Assembly: GCA_964016885.1 (NCBI GenBank)
Contig: OZ024744.1
Coordinates: 3,968,001 to 4,032,000, forward strand
From: Eledone cirrhosa
Lineage: Eukaryota
Direction: 5' to 3'
DNA: 64,000 nt
A program made the translations under genes and the position numbers. Positions 1-12,230 of this stretch are shown piece by piece. The notes under the pieces were generated by a model. The model made no database searches, was not told the DNA's origin, and worked only from the letters and a program-made list of their open reading frames with translations. Numbering within the stretch: the first letter of the stretch is position 1; every line of letters begins with the position of its first letter.

Positions 1-3000
1 AGTTTTGGGGGAAGACAAGGTAGAGAAAGATAGCTTGGTGAAGAACGAAGTTTTGAGGGAAGACAAGGTAGAGAAAGATAGCTTGGTGAAGAACGATGTT
101 TTGAGGGAAGACAAGGTAGAAAAAGAGAGCTTGGTGAAGAACGACGTTTTGATGAAAGACAAGGTAGAGAAAGATAGCTTGGTGAAGAATGACGTTTTGT
201 GGGAAGACAAGGTAGAGAAAGATAGCTTGGTGAAGAACGACGTTTTGTGGGAAGACAAGGTAGAGAAAGATAGATTGGTGAAGAACAAAGTTTTGAGGGA
301 TGACAAGGTAGAGAAAGATGACTTGGTGAAGAACGAAGTTTTGGGGGAAAACAAGGTAGAGAAAGATAGCTTGGTGAAGAACGACGTTTTGAGGGAAGAC
401 AAAATAGAGAAAGATAGCTTGGTGAAGAACGACGTTTTGTGGGAAGACAAGGTAGAGAAAGATATCTTGGTGAAGAACGAAGTTTTGACGGAAGACAAGG
501 TAGAGAAAGATAGCTTGCGAAGAACGAAGTTTTGGGGGAAGACAAGGTAGAGAAAGATAGCTTGGTGATGAACGAAGTTTTGTGGGAGGACAAGGTAGAG
601 AAAGATAGCTTGGTGAAGAACGACGTTTTGAGGGAAGACAAGGTAGAGAAAGATAGCTTGGTGAAGAACGAAGTTTTGACGGAAGACAAGGTAGAGAAAG
701 ATAGCTTGGTGAAGAATGACGTTTTGTGGGAAGACAAGGTAGAGAAAGATAGCTTGGTGAAGAACGAAGTTTTGAGGGAAGACAAGGTAGAGAAAGATAG
801 CTTGGTGAAGAACGAAGTTTTGGGGAAGACAATGTAGAGAAAGATAGCTTGGTGAAGAACGAAGTTTTGGGGGAAGACAAGGTAGAGAAAGATAGCTTGG
901 TGAAGAACGAAGTTCTGAGGGAAGACAAGGTAGAGAAAGATAGCTTGGTGAAGAACGACGTTTTGTGGGAAGACAAGGTAGAGAAAGATATCTTGGTGAA
1001 GAACGAAGTTTTGACGGAAGACAAGGTAGAGAAAGATAGCTTGCGAAGAACGAAGTTTTGGGGGAAGACAAGGTAGAGAAAGATAGCTTGGTGATGAACG
1101 AAGTTTTGTGGGAGGACAAGGTAGAGAAAGATAGCTTGGTGAAGAACGACGTTTTGAGGGAAGACAAGGTAGAGAAAGATAGCTTGGTGAAGAACGAAGT
1201 TTTGACGGAAGACAAGGTAGAGAAAGATAGCTTGGTGAAGAATGACGTTTTGTGGGAAGACAAGGTAGAGAAAGATAGCTTGGTGAAGAACGAAGTTTTG
1301 AGGGAAGACAAGGTAGAGAAAGATAGCTTGGTGAATAACGAAGTTTTGGGGGAAGACAAGGTCGAAAAAGATAGCTTGGTGAAGAACGAAGTTTTGAGGG
1401 AAGACAAGGTAGAGAAAGATAGCTTGGTGAAGAACGAAGTTTTGGGGGAAGACAAGGTAGAGAAAGATAGCTTGGTGAAGAACGAAGTTTTGGGGGAAGA
1501 CAAGGTAGAGAAAGATAGCTTGTTGAAGAACGAAGTTCTGAGGGAAGGCAAGGTAGAGAAAGATAGCTTGGTGAAGAACGAAGTTTTGGGAGAAGACAAG
1601 GTAGAGAAAGATATCTTGGTAAAGAACGAAGTTTTGTGTGAAGACAAGGTAGAGAAAGATAGCTTGGTGAAGAACGAAGTTTTGGGGGAAGACAAGGTAG
1701 AGAAAGATAGCTTGGTGAAGAACGAAGTTTTGGGGGAAGACGAGGTAGAGAAAGATAGCTTGGTGAACAAGGAAGTTTTGGGGGAAGACAAGGTAGAGAA
1801 AGATAGCTTGGTGAAGAACGAAGTTTTGGGGAAGACAATGTAGAGAAAGATAGCTTGGTGAAGAACGAAGTTTTGGGGGAAGACAAGGTAGAGAAAGATA
1901 GCTTGGTGAAGAACGAAGGTTTGAGGGAAGACAAGGTAGAGAAAGATAGCTTGGTGAAGAACGAAGTTTTGGGAGAAGACAAGGTAGAGAAAGATATCTT
2001 GGTGAAGAACGAAGTTTTGACGGAAGACAAGGTAGAGAAAGATAGCTTGGTGAAGAATGACGTTTTGTGGGAAGACAAGGTAGAGAAAGATAGCTTGGTG
2101 AAGAACGACGTTTTGTGGGAAGACAAGGTAGAGAAAGATAGCTTGGTGAAGAACGAAGTTTTGTGGGAAGACAAGGTAGAGAAAGATAGCTTGGTGAAGA
2201 ACGAAGTTTTGGGGGAAGACAAGGTAGAGAAAGATAGCTTGGTGAAGAACGACTTTTTGAGCGGAGACAAGGTAGAGAAAGATAGCTTGGTGAAGAACGA
2301 AGTTTTGGGGGAAGACAAGGTAGAGAAAGATAGCTTGTTGAAGAACGAAGTTCTGAGGGAAGGCAAGGTAGAGAAAGATAGCTTGGTGAAGAACGAAGTT
2401 TTGGGAGAAGACAAGGTAGAGAAAGATATCTTGGTAAAGAACGAAGTTTTGTGTGAAGACAAGCTAGAGAAAGATAGCTTGGTGAAGAACGAAGTTTTGG
2501 GGGAAGACAAGGTAGAGAAAGATAGATTGGTGAAGAACAAAGTTTTGAGGGATGACAAGGTAGAGAAAGATGACTTGGTGAAGAACGAAGTTTTGGGGGA
2601 AGACAAGGTAGAGAAAGATAGCTTGGTGAAGAACGAAGTTTTGAGGGAAGACAAGGTAGAGAAAGATAGCTTGGTGAATAACGAAGTTTTGGGAGAAGAC
2701 AAGGTAGAGAAAGATAGCTTGGTGAAGAACGAAGTTTTGGGGGAAGACAAGGTAGAGAAAGATAGCTTGGTGAAGAACGAAGTTTTGAGGGAAGACAAGG
2801 TAGAGAAAGATAGCTTGGTGAAGAACGATGTTTTGAGGGAAGACAAGGTAGAAAAAGAGAGCTTGGTGAAGAACGACGTTTTGATGAAAGACAAGGTAGA
2901 GAAAGATAGCTTGGTGAAGAACGAAGTTTTGGGGGAAGACAAGGTAGAGAAAGATAGCTTGGTGATGAACGAAGTTCTGAGGGAAGACAAGGTAGAGAAA

Positions 3001-6000
3001 GATAGCTTGGTGAAGAACGAAGTTTTGGGAGAAGACAAGGTAGAGAAAGATATCTTGGTGAAGAACGAAGTTTTGACGGAAGACAAGGTAGAGAAAGATA
3101 GCTTGGTGAAGAATGACGTTTTGTGGGAAGACAAGGTAGAGAAAGATAGCTTGGTGAAGAACGAAGTTTTGTGTGAAGACAAGGTAGAGAAAGATAGCTT
3201 GGTGAAGAACGAAGTTTTGGGGGAAGACAAGGCAGAGAAAGATAGATTGGTGAAGAACGAAGTTTTGAGGGATGACAAGGTAGAGAAAGATGAGTTGGTG
3301 TAGAAAGAAGTTTTGGGGGAAGACAAGGTAGAGAAAGATAGCTTGGTGAAGAACGAAGTTTTGGGGTAAGACAAGGTAGAGAAAGATAGCTTGGTGAAGA
3401 ACGAAGTTTTGGGGGAAGACAAGGTAGAGAAAGATAGCTTGGTGAATAAAGAAGTTTTGGGAGAAGACAAGGTAGAGAAAGATAGCTTGGTGAAGAACGA
3501 TGTTTTGAGGGAAGACAAGGTAGAGAAAGATAGCTTGGTGAAGAACGACGTTTTGAGGGAAGACAAGGTAGAGAAAGATAGCTTGGTGAAGAACGAAGTT
3601 CTGAGGGAAGACAAGGTAGAGAAAGATAGCTTGGTGAAGAACGAAGTTTTGGGAGAAAACAAGGTAGAGGAAGATATCTTGGTGAAGAACGAAGTTTCGA
3701 CGGAAGACAAGGTAGAGAAAGATAGCTTGGTGAAGAATGACGTTTTGTGGGAAGACAAGGTAGAGAAAGATAGCTTGGTGAAGAACGAAGTGTTGTGTGA
3801 AGACAAGCTAGAGAAAGATAGCTTGGTGAAGAACGAAGTTTTGGGGGAAGACAAGGTAGAGAAAGATAGCTTGGTGAAGAACGAAGTTTTGGGGGAAGAC
3901 AAGGTAGAGAAAGATAGCTTGGTGAAGAACGAAGTTTTGAGGGAAGACAAGGTAGAGAAAGATAGCTTGGTGAATAACGAAGTTTTGGGAGAAGTCAAGG
4001 TAGAGAAAGATAGCTTGATGAAGAACGATGTTTTGAGGGAAGACAAGGTAGAGAAAGATAGCTTGGTGAAGAACGACGTTTTGAGGGAAGACAAGGTAGA
4101 GAAAGATAGCTTGGTGAAGAACGAAGTTTTGACGGAAGACAAGGTAGAGAAAGATAGCTTGGTGAAGAATGACGTTTTGTGGGAAGACAAGGTAGAGAAA
4201 GATAGCTTGGTGAAGAACGAAGTTTTGAGGGAAGACAAGGTAGAGAAAGATAGCTTGGTGAATAACGAAGTTTTGGGGGAAGACAAGGTCGAAAAAGATA
4301 GCTTGGTGAAGAACGAAGTTTTGAGGGAAGACAAGGTAGAGAAAGATAGCTTGGTGAAGAACGAAGTTTTGGGGGAAGACAAGGTAGAGAAAGATAGCTT
4401 GGTGAAGAACGAAGTTTTGAGGGAAGACAAAGTAGAGAAAGATAGCTTGGTGAAGAACGACGTTTTGTGGGAAGACAAGGTAGAGAAAGATATCTTGGTG
4501 AAGAACGAAGTTTTGTGGGAAGACAAGGTAGAGAAAGATAGCTTGGTGAATAACGAAGTTTTGGGAGAAGACAAGGTAGAGAAAGATAGCTTGGTGAAGA
4601 ACGAAGTTTTGGAGGAAGACAAGGTAGAGAAAGATAGCTTGGTGAAGAACGAAGTTTTGAGGGAAGACAAGGTAGAGAAAGATAGCTTGGTGAAGAACGA
4701 TGTTTTGAGGGAAGACAAGGTAGAAAAAGAGAGCTTGGTGAAGAACGACGTTTTGATGAAAGACAAGGTAGAGAAAGATAGCTTGGTGAAGAATGACGTT
4801 TTGTGGGAAGACAAGGTAGAGAAAGATAGCTTGGTGAAGAACGACGTTTTGTGGGAAGACAAGGTAGAGAAAGATAGATTGATGAAGAACAAAGTTTTGA
4901 GGGATGACAAGGTAGAGAAAGATGACTTGGTGAAGAACGAAGTTTTGGGGGAAAACAAGGTAGAGAAAGATAGCTTGGTGAAGAACGACGTTTTGAGGGA
5001 AGACAAAATAGAGAAAGATAGCTTGGTGAAGAACGACGTTTTGTGGGAAGACAAGGTAGAGAAAGATATCTTGGTGAAGAACGAAGTTTTGACGGAAGAC
5101 AAGGTAGAGAAAGATAGCTTGCGAAGAACGAAGTTTTGGGGGAAGACAAGGTAGAGAAAGATAGCTTGGTGATGAACGAAGTTTTGTGGGAGGACAAGGT
5201 AGAGAAAGATAGCTTGGTGAAGAACGACGTTTTGAGGGAAGACAAGGTAGAGAAAGATAGCTTGGTGAAGAACGAAGTTTTGACGGAAGACAAGGTAGAG
5301 AAAGATAGCTTGGTGAAGAATGACGTTTTGTGGGAAGACAAGGTAGAGAAAGATAGCTTGGTGAAGAACGAAGTTTTGAGGGAAGACAAGGTAGAGAAAG
5401 ATAGCTTGGTGAAGAACGAAGTTTTGGGGAAGACAATGTAGAGAAAGATAGCTTGGTGAAGAACGAAGTTTTGGGGGAAGACAAGGTAGAGAAAGATAGC
5501 TTGGTGAAGAACGAAGTTCTGAGGGAAGACAAGGTAGAGAAAGATAGCTTGGTGAAGAACGACGTTTTGTGGGAAGACAAGGTAGAGAAAGATATCTTGG
5601 TGAAGAACGAAGTTTTGACGGAAGACAAGGTAGAGAAAGATAGCTTGCGAAGAACGAAGTTTTGGGGGAAGACAAGGTAGAGAAAGATAGCTTGGTGATG
5701 AACGAAGTTTTGTGGGAGGACAAGGTAGAGAAAGATAGCTTGGTGAAGAACGACGTTTTGAGGGAAGACAAGGTAGAGAAAGATAGCTTGGTGAAGAACG
5801 AAGTTTTGACGGAAGACAAGGTAGAGAAAGATAGCTTGGTGAAGAATGACGTTTTGTGGGAAGACAAGGTAGAGAAAGATAGCTTGGTGAAGAACGAAGT
5901 TTTGAGGGAAGACAAGGTAGAGAAAGATAGCTTGGTGAATAACGAAGTTTTGGGGGAAGACAAGGTCGAAAAAGATAGCTTGGTGAAGAACGAAGTTTTG

Positions 6001-8728
6001 AGGGAAGACAAGGTAGAGAAAGATAGCTTGGTGAAGAACGAAGTTTTGGGGGAAGACAAGGTAGAGAAAGATAGCTTGGTGAAGAACGAAGTTTTGGGGG
6101 AAGACAAGGTAGAGAAAGATAGCTTGTTGAAGAACGAAGTTCTGAGGGAAGGCAAGGTAGAGAAAGATAGCTTGGTGAAGAACGAAGTTTTGGGAGAAGA
6201 CAAGGTAGAGAAAGATATCTTGGTAAAGAACGAGGTTTTGTGTGAAGACAAGGTAGAGAAAGATAGCTTGGTGAAGAACGAAGTTTTGGGGGAAGACAAG
6301 GTAGAGAAAGATAGCTTGGTGAAGAACGAAGTTTTGGGGGAAGACGAGGTAGAGAAAGATAGCTTGGTGAACAAGGAAGTTTTGGGGGAAGACAAGGTAG
6401 AGAAAGATAGCTTGGTGAAGAACGAAGTTTTGGGGAAGACAATGTAGAGAAAGATAGCTTGGTGAAGAACGAAGTTTTGGGGGAAGACAAGGTAGAGAAA
6501 GATAGCTTGGTGAAGAACGAAGGTTTGAGGGAAGACAAGGTAGAGAAAGATAGCTTGGTGAAGAACGAAGTTTTGGGAGAAGACAAGGTAGAGAAAGATA
6601 TCTTGGTGAAGAACGAAGTTTTGACGGAAGACAAGGTAGAGAAAGATAGCTTGGTGAAGAATGACGTTTTGTGGGAAGACAAGGTAGAGAAAGATAGCTT
6701 GGTGAAGAACGACGTTTTGTGGGAAGACAAGGTAGAGAAAGATAGCTTGGTGAAGAACGAAGTTTTGTGGGAAGACAAGGTAGAGAAAGATAGCTTGGTG
6801 AAGAACGAAGTTTTGGGGGAAGACAAGGTAGAGAAAGATAGCTTGGTGAAGAACGACTTTTTGAGCGGAGACAAGGTAGAGAAAGATAGCTTGGTGAAGA
6901 ACGAAGTTTTGGGGGAAGACAAGGTAGAGAAAGATAGCTTGTTGAAGAACGAAGTTCTGAGGGAAGGCAAGGTAGAGAAAGATAGCTTGGTGAAGAACGA
7001 AGTTTTGGGAGAAGACAAGGTAGAGAAAGATATCTTGGTAAAGAACGAAGTTTTGTGTGAAGACAAGCTAGAGAAAGATAGCTTGGTGAAGAACGAAGTT
7101 TTGGGGGAAGACAAGGTAGAGAAAGATAGATTGGTGAAGAACAAAGTTTTGAGGGATGACAAGGTAGAGAAAGATGACTTGGTGAAGAACGAAGTTTTGG
7201 GGGAAGACAAGGTAGAGAAAGATAGCTTGGTGAAGAACGAAGTTTTGAGGGAAGACAAGGTAGAGAAAGATAGCTTGGTGAATAACGAAGTTTTGGGAGA
7301 AGACAAGGTAGAGAAAGATAGCTTGGTGAAGAACGAAGTTTTGGGGGAAGACAAGGTAGAGAAAGATAGCTTGGTGAAGAACGAAGTTTTGAGGGAAGAC
7401 AAGGTAGAGAAAGATAGCTTGGTGAAGAACGATGTTTTGAGGGAAGACAAGGTAGAAAAAGAGAGCTTGGTGAAGAACGACGTTTTGATGAAAGACAAGG
7501 TAGAGAAAGATAGCTTGGTGAAGAACGAAGTTTTGGGGGAAGACAAGGTAGAGAAAGATAGCTTGGTGATGAACGAAGTTCTGAGGGAAGACAAGGTAGA
7601 GAAAGATAGCTTGGTGAAGAACGAAGTTTTGGGAGAAGACAAGGTAGAGAAAGATATCTTGGTGAAGAACGAAGTTTTGACGGAAGACAAGGTAGAGAAA
7701 GATAGCTTGGTGAAGAATGACGTTTTGTGGGAAGACAAGGTAGAGAAAGATAGCTTGGTGAAGAACGAAGTTTTGTGTGAAGACAAGGTAGAGAAAGATA
7801 GCTTGGTGAAGAACGAAGTTTTGGGGGAAGACAAGGCAGAGAAAGATAGATTGGTGAAGAACGAAGTTTTGAGGGATGACAAGGTAGAGAAAGATGAGTT
7901 GGTGTAGAAAGAAGTTTTGGGGGAAGACAAGGTAGAGAAAGATAGCTTGGTGAAGAACGAAGTTTTGGGGTAAGACAAGGTAGAGAAAGATAGCTTGGTG
8001 AAGAACGAAGTTTTGGGGGAAGACAAGGTAGAGAAAGATAGCTTGGTGAATAAAGAAGTTTTGGGAGAAGACAAGGTAGAGAAAGATAGCTTGGTGAAGA
8101 ACGATGTTTTGAGGGAAGACAAGGTAGAGAAAGATAGCTTGGTGAAGAACGACGTTTTGAGGGAAGACAAGGTAGAGAAAGATAGCTTGGTGAAGAACGA
8201 AGTTCTGAGGGAAGACAAGGTAGAGAAAGATAGCTTGGTGAAGAACGAAGTTTTGGGAGAAAACAAGGTAGAGGAAGATATCTTGGTGAAGAACGAAGTT
8301 TCGACGGAAGACAAGGTAGAGAAAGATAGCTTGGTGAAGAATGACGTTTTGTGGGAAGACAAGGTAGAGAAAGATAGCTTGGTGAAGAACGAAGTGTTGT
8401 GTGAAGACAAGCTAGAGAAAGATAGCTTGGTGAAGAACGAAGTTTTGGGGGAAGACAAGGTAGAGAAAGATAGCTTGGTGAAGAACGAAGTTTTGGGGGA
8501 AGACAAGGTAGAGAAAGATAGCTTGGTGAAGAACGAAGTTTTGAGGGAAGACAAGGTAGAGAAAGATAGCTTGGTGAATAACGAAGTTTTGGGAGAAGTC
8601 AAGGTAGAGAAAGATAGCTTGATGAAGAACGATGTTTTGAGGGAAGACAAGGTAGAGAAAGATAGCTTGGTGAAGAACGACGTTTTGAGGGAAGACAAGG
8701 TAGAGAAAGATAGCTTGGTGAAGAACGA
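1..8728. repeat. Recent 4,604-bp-period (96-monomer) duplication; ~1-4124 repeated at ~4605-8728
   Basis: ORF starts are offset by exactly 4604: 532/5136, 849/5453, 1058/5662, 1855/6459, 3391/7995. Rare variants are shared (GAC TTT TTG AGC GGA at 2251/6855; GGG TAA at 3364/7968). Differences noticed at 9/4613, 278/4882 and 1630/6234. Confidence 0.93.
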
Positions 8729-11700
8729 CGTTTTGTGGGAAGACAAGGTAGAGAAAGATAGCTTGGTGAAGAACGAAGTTTTGGGGGAAGGCAAGGTAGA
8801 GAAAGATAGCTTGCGAAGAACGAATTTTTGGGGGAAGACAAGGTAGAGAAAGATAGCTTGGTGAAGAACGAAGTTTTGGGGGAAGACAAGGTAGAGAAAG
8901 ATAGCTTGGTGAAGAACGACGTTTTGAGGGAAGACAAGTTAGAGAAAGATAGCTTGGTGAAGAACGAAGTTTTGACGGAAGACAAGGTAGAGAAAGATAG
9001 CTTGGTGAAGAATGACGTTTTGTGGGAAGACAAGGTAGAGAAAGATAGCTTGGTGAAGAACGAAGTTTTGTATGAAGACAAGCTAGAGAAAGATAGCTTG
9101 GTGAAGAACGAAGTTTTAGGGGAAGACAAGGTAGAGAAAGATAGCTTGGTGAAGAACGAAGTTTTGGGGGAAGACAAGGTAGAGAAAGATAGCTTGGTGA
9201 AGAACGAAGTTTTGTATGAAGACAAGCTAGAGAAAGATAGCGTGGTGAAGAACGAAGTTTTAGGGGAAGACAAGGTAGAGAAAGATAGCTTGGTGAAGAA
9301 CGAAGTTTTGGGGGAAGACAAGGTAGAGAAAGATAGCTTGGTGAAGAACAAAGTTTTGGGGGAAGACAAGGTAGAGAAAGATAGCTTGGTGAAGAACGAA
9401 GTTTTGAAGGAAGACGAGGTAGAGAAAGATAGCTTGGTGAAGAACGAAGTTTTGGGGGAAGACAAGGTAGAGAAAGATAGCTTGGTGAAGAACGAAGTTT
9501 TGGGGGAAGACAAGGTAGAGAAAGATAGCTTGGTGAAGAACGACGTTTTGAGGGAAGACAAGGTCGTGAAAGATAGCTTGGTGAAGAACGAAGTTCTGAG
9601 GGAAGACAAGGTAGAGAAAGATAGCTTGGTGAAGAACGAAGTTTTGGGAGAAAACAAGGTAGAGAAAGATATCTTGGTGAAGAACGAAGTTTCGACGGAA
9701 GACAAGGTAGAGAAAGATAGCTTGGTGAAGAACGAAGTTTTGTGTGAAGACAAGCTAGAGAAAGATAGCTTGGTGAAGAACGAAGTTTTGGGGGAAGACA
9801 AGGTAGAGAAAGATAGCTTGGTGAAGAACGAAGTTTTGGGGGAAGACAAGGTAGAGAAAGATAGCTTGGTGAAGAACGAAGTTTTGAGGGAAGACAAGGT
9901 AGAGAAAGATAGCTTGGTGAATAACGAAGTTTTGGGAGAAGACAAGGTAGAGAAAGATAGCTTGGTGAAGAACGACGTTTTGAGGGAAGACAAGGTAGAG
10001 AAAGATAGCTTGGTGAAGAACGAAGTTTTGGGGGAAGACAAGGTAGAGAAAGATAGCTTGGTGAAGAACGAAGTTTTGGGGGAAGACAAGGTAGAGAAAG
10101 ATAGCTTGGTGAAGAACGAAGTTTTGAGGGAAGACAAGGTAGAGAAAGATAGCTTGGTGAAGAACGATGTTTTGAGGGAAGACAAGGTAGAGAAAGATAG
10201 CTTGGTGAAGAACGACGTTTTGAGGGAAGACAAGGTAGAGAAAGATAGCTTGGTGAAGAACGAAGTTTTGGGGGAAGACAAGGTAGAGAAAGATAGCTTG
10301 GTGAAGAACGAAGTTTTGAGGGAAGACAAGGTAGAGAAAGATAGCTTGGTGAAGAACGATGTTTTGAGGGAAGACAAGGTAGAAAAAGAGAGCTTGGTGA
10401 AGAACGACGTTTTGATGAAAGACAAGGTAGAGAAAGATAGCTTGGTGAAGAACGAAGTTTTGGGGGAAGACAAGGTAGAGAAAGATAGCTTGGTGAAGAA
10501 CGAAGTTCTGAGGGAAGACAAGGTAGAGAAAGATAGCTTGGTGAAGAACGAAGTTTTGGGAGAAGACAAGGTAGAGAAAGATATCTTGGTGAAGAACGAA
10601 GTTTTGACGGAAGACAAGGTAGAGAAAGATAGCTTGGTGAAGAATGACGTTTTGTGGGAAGACAAGGTAGAGAAAGATAGCTTGGTGAAGAACGAAGTTT
10701 TGTGTGAAGACAAGGTAGAGAAAGATAGCTTGGTGAAGAACGAAGTTTTGGGGGAAGACAAGGCAGAGAAAGATAGATTGGTGAAGAACGAAGTTTTGAG
10801 GGATGACAAGGTAGAGAAAGATGACTTGGTGTAGAAAGAAGTTTTGGGGGAAGACAAGGTAGAGAAAGATAGCTTGGTGAAGAACGAAGTTTTGGGGGAA
10901 GACAAGGTAGAGAAAGATAGCTTGGTGAAGAACGAAGTTTTGGGGGAAGACATGGTAGACAAAGATAGCTTGGTGAATAACGAAGTTTTGGGAGAAGACA
11001 AGGTAGAGAAAGATAGCTTGGTGAAGAACGATGTTTTGAGGGAAGACAAGGTAGAGAAAGATAGCTTGGTGAAGAACGACGTTTTGAGGGAAGACAAGGT
11101 AGAGAAAGATAGCTTGGTGAAGAACGAAGTTCTGAGGGAAGACAAGGTAGAGAAAGATAGCTTGGTGAAGAACGAAGTTTTGGGAGAAAACAAGGTAGAG
11201 GAAGATATCTTGGTGAAGAACGAAGGTTCGACGGAAGACAAGGTAGAGAAAGATAGCTTGGTGAAGAATGACGTTTTGTGGGAAGACAAGGTAGAGAAAG
11301 ATAGCTTGGTGAAGAACGAAGTGTTGTGTGAAGACAAGCTAGAGAAAGATAGCTTGGTGAAGAACGAAGTTTTGGGGGAAGACAAGGTAGAGAAAGATAG
11401 CTTGGTGAAGAACGAAGTTTTGGGGGAAGACAAGGTAGAGAAAGATAGCTTGGTGAAGAACGAAGTTTTGAGGGAAGACAAGGTAGAGAAAGATAGCTTG
11501 GTGAATAACGAAGTTTTGGGAGAAGTCAAGGTAGAGAAAGATAGCTTGATGAAGAACGATGTTTTGAGGGAAGACAAGGTAGAGAAAGATAGCTTGGTGA
11601 AGAACGACGTTTTGAGGGAAGACAAGGTAGAGAAAGATAGCTTGGTGAAGAACGACGTTTTGTGGGAAGACAAGGTAGAGAAAGATAGCTTGGTGAAGAA

Positions 11701-12230
11701 CGAAGTTTTGGGGGAAGGCAAGGTAGAGAAAGATAGCTTGCGAAGAACGAAGTTTTGGGGGAAGACAAGGTAGAGAAAGATAGCTTGGTGAAGAACGAAG
11801 TTTTGGGGGAAGACAAGGTAGAGAAAGATAGCTTGGTGAAGAACGACGTTTTGAGGGAAGACAAGTTAGAGAAAGATAGCTTGGTGAAGAACGAAGTTTT
11901 GACGGAAGACAAGGTAGAGAAAGATAGCTTGGTGAAGAATGACGTTTTGTGGGAAGACAAGGTAGAGAAAGATAGCTTGGTGAAGAACGAAGTTTTGTAT
12001 GAAGACAAGCTAGAGAAAGATAGCTTGGTGAAGAACGAAGTTTTAGGGGAAGACAAGGTAGAGAAAGATAGCTTGGTGAAGAACGAAGTTTTGGGGGAAG
12101 ACAAGGTAGAGAAAGATAGCTTGGTGAAGAACGAAGTTTTGTATGAAGACAAGCTAGAGAAAGATAGCTTGGTGAAGAACGAAGTTTTAGGGGAAGACAA
12201 GGTAGAGAAAGATAGCTTGGTGAAGAACGA
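7330..12230. repeat. 2,927-bp-period (61-monomer) duplication, boundaries approximate
   Basis: ORF ends and starts are offset by 2927: 7907/10834, 8828/11755, 8846/11773. Shared rare variants include GAG GAA GAT ATC, GTG TTG TGT and GAA GTC AAG...TTG ATG. Confidence 0.8.

Noticed and set aside
188-196. TGACGT (CRE/as-1-like) transcription factor site in the AAT GAC GTT variant
   Set aside because: It is a short motif created by one substitution in a repeat, with no promoter context.
1-8728. Large duplications as pure assembly artefacts
   Set aside because: The copies carry private substitutions (9/4613, 278/4882, 1630/6234) and many different periods coexist. An artefact is not fully excluded without reads.
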